From Candidatus Methanosuratincola verstraetei (GTDB lineage: Archaea; Thermoproteota; Methanomethylicia; Methanomethylicales; Methanomethylicaceae): a stretch of DNA of 64,000 bases. Under the pieces are notes generated by a model. That model was not told the origin of the DNA, searched no databases, and worked only from the letters and a program-made list of their open reading frames with translations. The position numbers and the translations under genes were made by a program. Shown here piece by piece: positions 28,899 through 37,480 of the stretch. The stretch is taken from NCBI GenBank assembly GCA_049570475.1, contig CP186953.1, positions 224,001 to 288,000 of the forward strand. Reading direction: 5' to 3'. The stretch's first letter is position 1; each line of letters opens with the position of its first letter.

Positions 28899-30591
28899 AG
28901 ATTATGTTAGCAAAGTCACCCACCGCGCTGAGCTGGCTCGGGGTGATCACAATGAACTGGACGTCCGAGTTCTCGTTCATGAACGAGAATAGCATCCGCA
29001 TCATCGCTTCCCTGTTGAAGGGATCCATGTGCACATCGAACTCGTCCACAGCCCTGACAGGAGACTTCAGCTGGTGCTGCAGGGCAAGCAGGAAAGCCAT
29101 CGTCGCCACTGCGCGCTCTCCCCCGCTCTGCGCGTATGCATCAAGCAGGACCGGGGAGGCGCCCCTGAAACCAACAGTCACCTCGATCCCGGCCTTCTCG
29201 GGGTCGTCCATGTTGGAGAGGCGTATCTCGCCCGTCCCCCCAACTCTGCTCAGCACGTCCCTGTATATTGGGGTTATCTCAGCGACAAGCCTCTCGAGGA
29301 CTTCCCTCCAGATCCGCTTCCTCTCAGCTATCTCCTCGATCAGGTGCTTCCTGTTCTCCCCGACGACAGCTGCCTTCTGCTTCAGCTCTTGGTATGTCTT
29401 CTTGTATGCCTCGAACATAGACGGGGCATCCTCCGGCACGTCGCCAAGCGAAAGGAGGTGGGCATTAACATACCTGATCTCGTCCGAGATCTCCATCAGC
29501 GTCCGCGTAGTCTGAATGCGATCTCCAGCGCCTTTTGCTCCACGCAGCGCCTCCCCAAGCATCACCTTCGCCTCTTCCAGACCCGATTTCAGATCGCCGA
29601 TCTCCCGATCCAACTCGCCGGCGCGGTAACGCATCACAGCCTCCTCTACACGGGCATCGACATAGGATCTGACTATCGAGTCCAGCCTTTCGTCGGAAAT
29701 GCCCCTCTCCTTGAGCTTTTCAGGGGCCGAGATGAGGGCCCTCAGCCGCTCTTTTTCGGCCAGGTAATCGGACCAAAGCTGCTCAGCAGCTGCCTTCTTC
29801 TCAGCGATCCCCCTCCTCAAATCCTCAAGCTGGGCTGACTTGAGCCGCATCCGCTCTTCGATAGAGGCTACGGCTTTCTCGTTCTTTATGACCTGAGCCC
29901 AGACCATCTCCCTTTCCAAGTAGGACTTCCTCTCTAAGAGGCGCTTCTTCTCCTCGTGACGGTCGTTAAGATCCTTCCAGTACGCGAGCGTCTGCTCAGC
30001 GCTGCTCAGGAGCTGAGTTGTCGCCTCCTCCTCACCCAGTATGCGGCTCAGCTTCTCCTCGGCATCGAATATGGCATTGCGGTAAGGAAGGAAGCCAACA
30101 GCCTCTTCGACCATCCGGAGCTTCTCCTCAGGCGATGTTATTGCGAACTCCTCTATCATGTTCTGGTGCATTATTATCAGCATGTTGTCAGGGTTCATGC
30201 CGACGCTCTTGAAGAGCCGGTTCACGTCGAACTTGCTCGCCTCTTTGGAGTTGATTTCGAACCAGTAAGTCCCGTCCTTCTTGAGATACCTTGAGACGGT
30301 TATCAGGTCGCTGTTGATGATCGGCACAGGCCGCTTCCCGTCCACAGCGGTGTTGTTGAGGACGAGCGTAACACGGGCAGTTTCCTTCCCCCTCCTTATC
30401 AGATCAGAGAGCTTCCTGGACCGCTCGGTATAGCTCTGGCCGGTCGCCACAGAAATTGCCAGCAGGATCGAAGACTTGCCGGCACCGTTCGGGCCGGATA
30501 TTAGGTTGAGCCCCCGGTTAAGCTGCACCCTAGCGTACTCATACGACATGAAGTTCTCTAGGATCACCTCAGACAGCGTAAGCCTGGCCAT
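28840..30591 (-). CDS. Short SMC-family ATPase, Smc5/6-like heads
   Basis: LENFMSY, GPNGAGKS, Q-loop MHQ, coiled coil, QSGGER, AVDEFDVHMD, FIVITP; ATG at 30591 after GGTGA. Confidence 0.92.
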   Translation of the reverse strand: MARLTLSEVILENFMSYEYARVQLNRGLNLISGPNGAGKSSILLAISVATGQSYTERSRKLSDLIRRGKETARVTLVLNNTAVDGKRPVPIINSDLITVSRYLKKDGTYWFEINSKEASKFDVNRLFKSVGMNPDNMLIIMHQNMIEEFAITSPEEKLRMVEEAVGFLPYRNAIFDAEEKLSRILGEEEATTQLLSSAEQTLAYWKDLNDRHEEKKRLLERKSYLEREMVWAQVIKNEKAVASIEERMRLKSAQLEDLRRGIAEKKAAAEQLWSDYLAEKERLRALISAPEKLKERGISDERLDSIVRSYVDARVEEAVMRYRAGELDREIGDLKSGLEEAKVMLGEALRGAKGAGDRIQTTRTLMEISDEIRYVNAHLLSLGDVPEDAPSMFEAYKKTYQELKQKAAVVGENRKHLIEEIAERKRIWREVLERLVAEITPIYRDVLSRVGGTGEIRLSNMDDPEKAGIEVTVGFRGASPVLLDAYAQSGGERAVATMAFLLALQHQLKSPVRAVDEFDVHMDPFNREAMMRMLFSFMNENSDVQFIVITPSQLSAVGDFANIIFVQNVHGKSEVARAAAARA

Positions 30592-30600
30592 TGGATTCAC

Positions 30601-30807
30601 CGAGGGGCTTCCCCTTCCATTTTATGCTTAATAAACCTCTCCTTTCCCTTCAGGAGTCGATAACGGGCAGTCATTTATATTGACTTCGTTGGGGGCGGGT
30701 CAGATCATTTGCCGTAAGCAAGTGCCTCTTTTTCGCATAAAACGCATTGTTCAGAAAAAAGCTTATGAATATTTTCAATAATCATTTAAAAGCATAGGCG
30801 ATGGTCA
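30601..30807. promoter_or_regulatory. Divergent promoter region shared by the SMC operon and topoisomerase IB
   Basis: Minus-strand TTTATTAA at about 30628-30635; plus-strand purine-rich BRE-like tract plus TTATGAA at about 30754-30769 and TTTAAAA at about 30785. Confidence 0.5.
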
Positions 30808-32352
30808 TTGGAGAAAATAGAGGTCAAGAGCCTTGTACACAGCGGAGTGCTCATCCCGGTGTACAAGCCCGTTGGGTTCAAGATACGCTTCAGGGGGCAA
30901 GAGATCGCGCTGGACAAGGACCAGGAGGAGATGGCCGTCGCCTGGGTCAAGAAGCTCGGGACCGAGTACGCTACTGACAAGGTGTTCATCAGGAATTTCT
31001 TCCATGATTTCGGGAAGGCCCTAGGAATCAAGGGGAGGGTGAAGCCAGAGGATTTCGATTTCTCGGAAATAATTGCATGGATCTCAGAGGAGAAGGCTAA
31101 GAAGGAGGCCATGACCAAAGAAGAAAAGAAGGCGCTGGCAGCCGAGCGTAAGAGGATCAGGGAAGAGAACAGGCAGAAGTACGGCTTTGCCTATGTCAAC
31201 GGCATGCCCATGGAGATCAGCAACTACATGGTTGAGCCCGCCTCGATCTTCATGGGGAGAGGGGATCACCCGATGCGCGGGAGATGGAAGCCCGGCGTTA
31301 AGCCAGAGGACGTTACACTAAACCTCTCCCCAGACGCCCCTGTCCCACAGCCTCCAGGCGGGGGAAGGTGGGGGGGCGTGATCTTCGACCCTGGCTCACT
31401 CTGGGTAGCGAGGTGGAAGGACAAGCTGAGGGATAAGATGAAGTATGTCTGGCTCTCCGACACCGCATACATCAAGCAGGTCAGGGACATCGAGAAGTTC
31501 AACAAGGCATGGGAGCTTGAAGGAAAAATCAAGGAGGTGAGGGATCACATAATGACCGGGCTGGAGTCGCAGGATCCCCTCCAGAGGAAGGTTGCGACAG
31601 TCTGCTACCTGATCGATGTCCTCAAGATGAGGGTCGGGGACGAGAAGGACGAGGACGAGGCCGACACGGTGGGTGCAACGACCCTGAGGCCAGAGCACAT
31701 CAGCATAGACGAAGAGAAGGGGGAAGTTACCTTCGATTTCCTGGGTAAGGACTCGGTCAGGTGGATAAGCACAATCAAGCCTCCCCCGATAGTAATCCAG
31801 AATCTCAAGGAATTCATCGAGGAAGGGAAGGAAACAGTGTTCAACGGCGTGAGATCGCAGAAGGTCAATGCTTACTTGGCGGAGATTATGCCCGGGCTTA
31901 CCGCCAAGGTCTTCAGGACATACCATGCATCAACGACGACAAAGGCCTATCTTGAGAAGGCGGAGGTCGACAGGGACGACCCTGCTTTTGTAAAGAAATA
32001 CCATGCCACGATGGCCAACCTTGAAGCCGCAAAAGTCTGCAACCACAAGAGGAAGCTGCCGAAGACCTGGGAGGCGTCGCTCAAGAAGAAGGAGGAACGG
32101 CTCAGGGCACTGAAGGAGAAGAAGGTCAAGCCGGAAAAGATCAAGGAGCTCCAGCTGAAGATCAAGGCGATGAAGGCGACCAAGGACTACAACCTGAACA
32201 CCTCGCTCAAGAACTACATCGACCCAAGGGTCTATGCTGACTGGGGGCAGAGGATAGACTTTGATTGGAAGATGTATTACTCAAAGTCCCTCCAGAGGAG
32301 GTTCGCCTGGGTAGAAAAGGAAATTAATGCGGCGGGATTATCTGGACAGTGA
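30808..32352 (+). CDS. DNA topoisomerase IB (eukaryote-like, single chain)
   Basis: FMGRGDHPMRG, MRVGDEKD, DTVGATTLR, FDFLGKDS, TAKVFRTY, CNHKR, SLKNYIDPR (catalytic Tyr). Confidence 0.96.
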   Translation: MEKIEVKSLVHSGVLIPVYKPVGFKIRFRGQEIALDKDQEEMAVAWVKKLGTEYATDKVFIRNFFHDFGKALGIKGRVKPEDFDFSEIIAWISEEKAKKEAMTKEEKKALAAERKRIREENRQKYGFAYVNGMPMEISNYMVEPASIFMGRGDHPMRGRWKPGVKPEDVTLNLSPDAPVPQPPGGGRWGGVIFDPGSLWVARWKDKLRDKMKYVWLSDTAYIKQVRDIEKFNKAWELEGKIKEVRDHIMTGLESQDPLQRKVATVCYLIDVLKMRVGDEKDEDEADTVGATTLRPEHISIDEEKGEVTFDFLGKDSVRWISTIKPPPIVIQNLKEFIEEGKETVFNGVRSQKVNAYLAEIMPGLTAKVFRTYHASTTTKAYLEKAEVDRDDPAFVKKYHATMANLEAAKVCNHKRKLPKTWEASLKKKEERLRALKEKKVKPEKIKELQLKIKAMKATKDYNLNTSLKNYIDPRVYADWGQRIDFDWKMYYSKSLQRRFAWVEKEINAAGLSGQ

Positions 32353-32359
32353 TGCCAAT

Positions 32360-33043
32360 ATGGTCTTGGCTGGAAAAGTTTTCATCGTAAAGGAAGAAAT
32401 AGACATCCCGACGATCTCCGGGAAGCTAAAGGGCTACCGGACCGAGCAGGAGTTCGAATATGGCGGCGAGAAGATCCCGCTTATCACAGAGATAGTCAAG
32501 CTTGGCATGACGCAGGACTCGATCGAAGGGGTCTTATCCCAGGATTATGTGTTCACAGTTCACCACCGGGACGGCGAGAAGGCGGTTACCAAGACCACCG
32601 AGTCCCCCTTCGCATTCTACAAATCAGGTGAGAGGATATTCCTCATAGTGCTCGAGAAGAAGAGGGCGGCCAACAACATAGCCAACCTGCTCAGCAAGAT
32701 ACTGTTCATCTCTGTGGGAGGGATCGTGGAGAGCAGGATCCAGCCCGAGACCCTGAAGAAGTTCCACGAGCAGAACCCGGAAGACACAAAGGTCATCTTC
32801 TTCGACGGGGTGAACATCCCGAACATCGAGAAGCTCTCCCTCTACGGTTCTGGTCTCGCCAACACCATCCTCTACTCAGACTACTCTTCCAGGGGAGGGA
32901 TCTGGTACATGGTGTTCAAGTCGAGGAAGTACGGGATAGTTGTAGGGGTTACGAGGAACGGGGTCGTGACCGCATTCAGCGAGGTCGAGCCTGCCGAGTT
33001 CCTTTCCTATATAAAAACTGAGATAATACCGCTCATTTCTTGA
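32360..33043 (+). CDS. Conserved hypothetical protein directly downstream of TopIB
   Basis: Coding-like ORF starting 7 bp after the TopIB stop. Confidence 0.75.
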   Translation: MVLAGKVFIVKEEIDIPTISGKLKGYRTEQEFEYGGEKIPLITEIVKLGMTQDSIEGVLSQDYVFTVHHRDGEKAVTKTTESPFAFYKSGERIFLIVLEKKRAANNIANLLSKILFISVGGIVESRIQPETLKKFHEQNPEDTKVIFFDGVNIPNIEKLSLYGSGLANTILYSDYSSRGGIWYMVFKSRKYGIVVGVTRNGVVTAFSEVEPAEFLSYIKTEIIPLIS

Positions 33044-33437
33044 GCGGCTTCTTTGTTTTTTTGCTGACATCGCCCAGAAGATCGAAGTAATCGCGGACAG
33101 CCCTCCCCCTGAGGCAGAACATCACAGAAACCCTCAGGAATAGGGGCAATATGTAGAGGAGGACGGGGTTCGCGAGGTACATGTATACGTACATGACCAC
33201 GTTTAGCCCGCTGAAGAGCAGGCCGAAGAGCCATGCCCACTTTGCCCCAGACCTGAAGCCTATAATCAGTATGAAGTCGAACAAGGCAAACATGTAGGCT
33301 GCGAAGAAGTCGAAGGTCCCGAACTGCTCGAAAAACGGCGAGAAGAAGGGCAAGATCAGGTCAATGGCGACTAGCGGGACTTGGAGGGCGACCATAAGGA
33401 GTACTAGTCGTGGCATGCTGCGCAATCGAAACACCAA
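33033..33437 (-). CDS. Hypothetical 4-TM membrane protein
   Basis: Hydrophobic segments and a Lys-rich tail. Confidence 0.7.
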   Translation of the reverse strand: MVFRLRSMPRLVLLMVALQVPLVAIDLILPFFSPFFEQFGTFDFFAAYMFALFDFILIIGFRSGAKWAWLFGLLFSGLNVVMYVYMYLANPVLLYILPLFLRVSVMFCLRGRAVRDYFDLLGDVSKKTKKPLKK

Positions 33438-33540
33438 GGTTAGAAGGGATTGGTCTTCGTATTTATCCTTTTATCATTGTTCCTAAGGAGATCTGCCCAA
33501 CTTTCAGGGAGGATAAGCGAGTATTGAAAAAAGGGTAATG

Positions 33541-34449
33541 TCAGAGGCTCATCAGAACATAGCGGATATCCGAGAGCGGGTAAGTATCGACCGCGAGCAT
33601 GTATGGTCCGGAGAGGTAGACTGCTGAGGCGTTTCCTATCACGTTTTTGACGACCGCGGAATACTGGGCGCTTGCAAGCTCCCTTGACGGGAAGGAGAAG
33701 ACGTCGTGCTTGACTATAGAGGTTGTGCCAAAGGCTGCGCTCATTACCCATGAGATATTGAACTGGTTGCTGCTAGCCCTGTAATAGGAGACCACAAAGG
33801 CATCGGATCCTCCGGTAGCGAGGAGGTAACCGGTCTTGTACGAGTCGTTATCGAAGAGAAGCTGACTGTTTCCGATTATCGAGTCTATTGCCTGGTATGC
33901 GGCCGTATCGCCCTCGCTGTAAAGCAAGGAGTTGTTGTAAATGCACAGCCAAGCGTCAGAAGTTGCCGAGCCGTTGCTCGCGGGGATCTTGTAGACAGGT
34001 ATGCCATGAGAGTATGACGGCGTGATGTTGCTACTCTGCAATGCTCCAAAGACCCGTTCCCTGGCAGACGCCCCGATCCCGAGGATTGAGACTCCAGCAT
34101 AGTTAGAGTAAATTAGGTCTACTCCGAAGGTTATCTCAGAAAGGTTGACTTGTATCGCAGGATCGGATATCGAAAGCACTGTTGAGGAGAGTAGATCCGG
34201 GAAGGCCGAGAGTTTTGTGATGTTGAGGAACCTGAACTCATAAGCGTCAGCAGGGATGTAGGACATCCAATCCTGAGACTTGAAGTTTTGGGGCGATGGC
34301 AGAGGGGTCGTCTTTGGTCCTCCTGTGAGGAATATGCCAATGGTGGAAACAACCAATGCTGCAATTATAAGTATCCCGATAACCTTTGCCTTGTTGGATG
34401 GCTGATCCTTCTTTTTCCGTCTTGGTTTCTCTTTTGTCATCGGTATCAC
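33541..34449 (-). CDS. Hypothetical membrane-anchored extracellular protein
   Basis: Basic N-terminus, one TM, Ser/Asn-rich domain with N-X-S/T sequons. Confidence 0.75.
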   Translation of the reverse strand: MIPMTKEKPRRKKKDQPSNKAKVIGILIIAALVVSTIGIFLTGGPKTTPLPSPQNFKSQDWMSYIPADAYEFRFLNITKLSAFPDLLSSTVLSISDPAIQVNLSEITFGVDLIYSNYAGVSILGIGASARERVFGALQSSNITPSYSHGIPVYKIPASNGSATSDAWLCIYNNSLLYSEGDTAAYQAIDSIIGNSQLLFDNDSYKTGYLLATGGSDAFVVSYYRASSNQFNISWVMSAAFGTTSIVKHDVFSFPSRELASAQYSAVVKNVIGNASAVYLSGPYMLAVDTYPLSDIRYVLMSL

Positions 34450-34506
34450 TAATCACGGAAAAGATTTAGGAGTGGGCTTATATAGGCTCTCCTGAAGGTT
34501 TGGAAT

Positions 34507-34848
34507 TTGAGGATCCTACTCGCAGACTTCATAATCCTCAATATTATTTCCTTGGTAATCGCTGCCATAGGTACCTTGTTGGGCCGGGAACTTTTCAACA
34601 CATTCATCCTTTTGACGTTCCTTTTGAGCGGCCTTGTGCTGATTTTTGGCGGCTATCTAGGATTCTTTGTCTCGAGCATAAGCTATAGCAAGCTGCTTGC
34701 CTACCTGAGGCTGAGGAGGGGGGTGAAGGAGGAAGAGCAGAAAAAAGAGGTCAAAGAGAAGCCTGAGAAGAGGGGGCTAAGGACGGTGGTCCTTGGGATC
34801 CTTCTGCTTGTGGAGAGCCTCTTATTGACTTTATTGATGATTTACTAA
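34507..34848 (+). CDS. Hypothetical membrane protein
   Basis: Three TMs with a charged loop. Confidence 0.65.
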   Translation: MRILLADFIILNIISLVIAAIGTLLGRELFNTFILLTFLLSGLVLIFGGYLGFFVSSISYSKLLAYLRLRRGVKEEEQKKEVKEKPEKRGLRTVVLGILLLVESLLLTLLMIY

Positions 34849-34960
34849 CGCCCCGCAATCCTCAAGGTGCGAGCTTTGCGATTCAGATTAAATGGCTTTG
34901 GATCAAAATCGACAGTCAGAAAAATCAGGAATTTACAAGGGAAAAAAGAAAAAAAGAGGT

Positions 34961-37360
34961 TTATTTTTTCCTCATTCCGAGAGCGATTGCAACTATCAAT
35001 GCTATTATTGCGAGCCCTATTCCGGCATAGGCCATGTTCATGGCATTTGCCAACTGCGCAGTCAGATCGTTGACTTTAGTGTTGAGGGCATTCACCTGGT
35101 TGGCGTAGGACGAGATTGCATTGTCAATGGAGATCACGGTCACGCTCTTGGCTGGGGTCGTCTGAGGATCAATGACCTTGCTGATGCTTCCGTACGGGTA
35201 GCTCGGACCCGAAGCTGCTGAAGCGGCAGCCGTCTTGGCTCCCACTCCGGTCAGCTGGACCTTGAAGTAGTAGGTTCCTGTCTGAGTCGGCGTGTAGCTC
35301 ATCTTGTAGTAGCCACCGGTGTTGACCACGGTTTGGGCTACCGGCGTCCAGGTCGAATTGTCGGTGCTCATGAGCAGGAGCGCAACTATCCCTTCCTGCT
35401 CCAGAGCGATCACAGGATCGATGTCGAATGTCCCTTCAAATGTGATCGGCTGCCCGAGGAGGTAGCTCGAAAGCACAGTAGGACCTGAGGGGGTCACCCC
35501 GACCGAATAACCTGCCATTGCAAGCAGCTCTTTTGCCTTAGTGGGGCTGTACTCCCTCGCGACAATGCTCGAGTTGTAGTACGGGCTGACAGGGTTCACG
35601 TGCACCGCAGCCGGCTCACCGAAACCTCCAAGGAGGTTGTCAATGATCAGCTCCCTCGGTATCAGGTAGTCCATAGCCTGGCGGACGTACCTGGCTGCCT
35701 CCGCTGCCCTTGCGGGGTTCGACTTGCCGAGAGGTGTGTCGACGCCTGTGCCGAAGACTGGGTGGCGCATGTTGTACCCTAGTTGCTGTATCCCAGATCC
35801 CCTCAGCTCGTAGTTATTCGCGAAGTTCAGGTTTCCTGCCTTGTAGTCATTGCCGAGCTGGTAGTTCTGGTCGAGTATGTGGACCTGCCCGTTCTTGAGG
35901 GCGGCTATCGCGCTGTCCTTCTCTACGATGTACCTCACGTAGAACTTCTGGACGGTGAAGTAGCCCTCAGACTCGAGACGCGCCTTGTCCCAGTAGTTGT
36001 TGTTCTTCTCAAGGGTGACTATGGCTGAAACTGGATCATAGCTCTTGAAGACGTAGGGACCTGTGCCGATCGGCCCAGAGAAGGTCTTGCCGTTAGATTC
36101 GTAAGTGCCAACGCCGCTGTTGAACGGATGGGTCTTCCAGTCCTCGAATGGAACGTTTCCCAGCACGTGCTTCGGCAGGATAGCAACTCCGTCACCCTCG
36201 GGGTGGAAGGTTGCGACAGGCTTGCCGAGGCCTCCGAACTCAGCGATCTGGATCCTAACGGTGTTTGCGTCGAGGGCCTCTATCCTCGCAGGCCTCGTGC
36301 CGCTGACATTGGCTGGCGCCGGGTAGTAAGCGACAGGCTCGTCGCCGCTAAGGTCAAGGACTAGCCTCGAGGTATTTCCGTCAGAATAGACAAAGGTTAT
36401 GTCATCGCCGATGTAGCCAGCCTCATAACCAGACTGCTGGGATCCGGACTGCGGGTTGAGGTAGGCTAGGAACGAGAAGACGACGTCATCAGCAGTCATC
36501 TTTATTCCGTCATGGAAGTAGACGTCGTCCCTCAGGTGGTATGTGAAAGTGCTCCCATCGTCGGAAACCTCAAAGGATGTGCATATGCCAGGGATGTATT
36601 CGTAGTTGGAGGTCAGGGTGAAGAGCGAGTCGAAGATGGAGTTGAAGACCAAAGTATCGTACCAGGAGTTCGAGAGGGGCGGGTTTAAGTCCAGTAGCTC
36701 ACCTGTCGTTGCAAGGACAACCTCATCGAGACCGGTCAGATACTGGGGTACAGGACCGAGGTTGTCGAAGATCCATTCGTACCCGTTGAAGTTAATGTCC
36801 TTCGAGGCTGTGAAGATCGCGGTCGAGAAGAAGATTTGCGAGGCAGGAACGTCAATGTACTGGACATACTGCCAGTCCTTGAATGCCTTTATCCCCTCAG
36901 CGGTGTAGCCTTCAGTCATGAACTTCTCTATCAGAGCATCAGACTCGCGGTTCTGCCATAGGAAGTAGTTGGAGTTGGGCGGCGTGTTTTGGCCATAGTA
37001 GATCTGGAACGAGCCTGAGAATGGTGCCACCGGGGAGCCAGGAGTCCATCCGATGAAGAGGGCGTCGAAGCCTCCCTGGTCGTATGTCTTGCCTATTTTC
37101 GATGGTTCAGGGGTAAGGATTCTGTCATACACAGAGCCCCAACCCAAGAATACGACTCTTGCGTCGATTCCCACCGACTTGAACGAGTTTGCGATGATCA
37201 AAGCCCACTGTCTCCTGAGCAGGTTCGCGCTTCCTGGAGCCACCATTGTGATCTTGAAGATGCCGTCAGGCGTGGCTTCTACTGTAGGCACTGGAGCGAT
37301 TGCTAGCATCGAGCCGAGCAATATAAATAGCATTGCAGCTGCAAAAATTTTGGACTTCAT
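34961..37360 (-). CDS. oppA: Oligopeptide/dipeptide ABC substrate-binding protein (family 5) with C-terminal anchor
   Basis: Signal peptide; FHDG..MTADDVVFS, PIGTGPY, VRQAM; C-terminal beta domain, coil and TM. Confidence 0.9.
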   Translation of the reverse strand: MKSKIFAAAMLFILLGSMLAIAPVPTVEATPDGIFKITMVAPGSANLLRRQWALIIANSFKSVGIDARVVFLGWGSVYDRILTPEPSKIGKTYDQGGFDALFIGWTPGSPVAPFSGSFQIYYGQNTPPNSNYFLWQNRESDALIEKFMTEGYTAEGIKAFKDWQYVQYIDVPASQIFFSTAIFTASKDINFNGYEWIFDNLGPVPQYLTGLDEVVLATTGELLDLNPPLSNSWYDTLVFNSIFDSLFTLTSNYEYIPGICTSFEVSDDGSTFTYHLRDDVYFHDGIKMTADDVVFSFLAYLNPQSGSQQSGYEAGYIGDDITFVYSDGNTSRLVLDLSGDEPVAYYPAPANVSGTRPARIEALDANTVRIQIAEFGGLGKPVATFHPEGDGVAILPKHVLGNVPFEDWKTHPFNSGVGTYESNGKTFSGPIGTGPYVFKSYDPVSAIVTLEKNNNYWDKARLESEGYFTVQKFYVRYIVEKDSAIAALKNGQVHILDQNYQLGNDYKAGNLNFANNYELRGSGIQQLGYNMRHPVFGTGVDTPLGKSNPARAAEAARYVRQAMDYLIPRELIIDNLLGGFGEPAAVHVNPVSPYYNSSIVAREYSPTKAKELLAMAGYSVGVTPSGPTVLSSYLLGQPITFEGTFDIDPVIALEQEGIVALLLMSTDNSTWTPVAQTVVNTGGYYKMSYTPTQTGTYYFKVQLTGVGAKTAAASAASGPSYPYGSISKVIDPQTTPAKSVTVISIDNAISSYANQVNALNTKVNDLTAQLANAMNMAYAGIGLAIIALIVAIALGMRKK

Positions 37361-37480
37361 TTTATATCACCAATCTACACACTCTGGTGTAGTTGATCAA
37401 TTATAGAGGAAGAAGCTATTTAAAAACTACCATAAAAACTACAAAAAGCTTGGAAAAAAGCGAAAGAAACATCCTACAAA

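Noticed and set aside
27463-30591. Wadjet (JetABCD), canonical Smc-ScpAB or Rad50 assignment
   Set aside because: No JetD or Mre11 neighbour, ATPase far shorter than canonical SMC, no hinge or CxxC, and head motifs are Smc5/6-type
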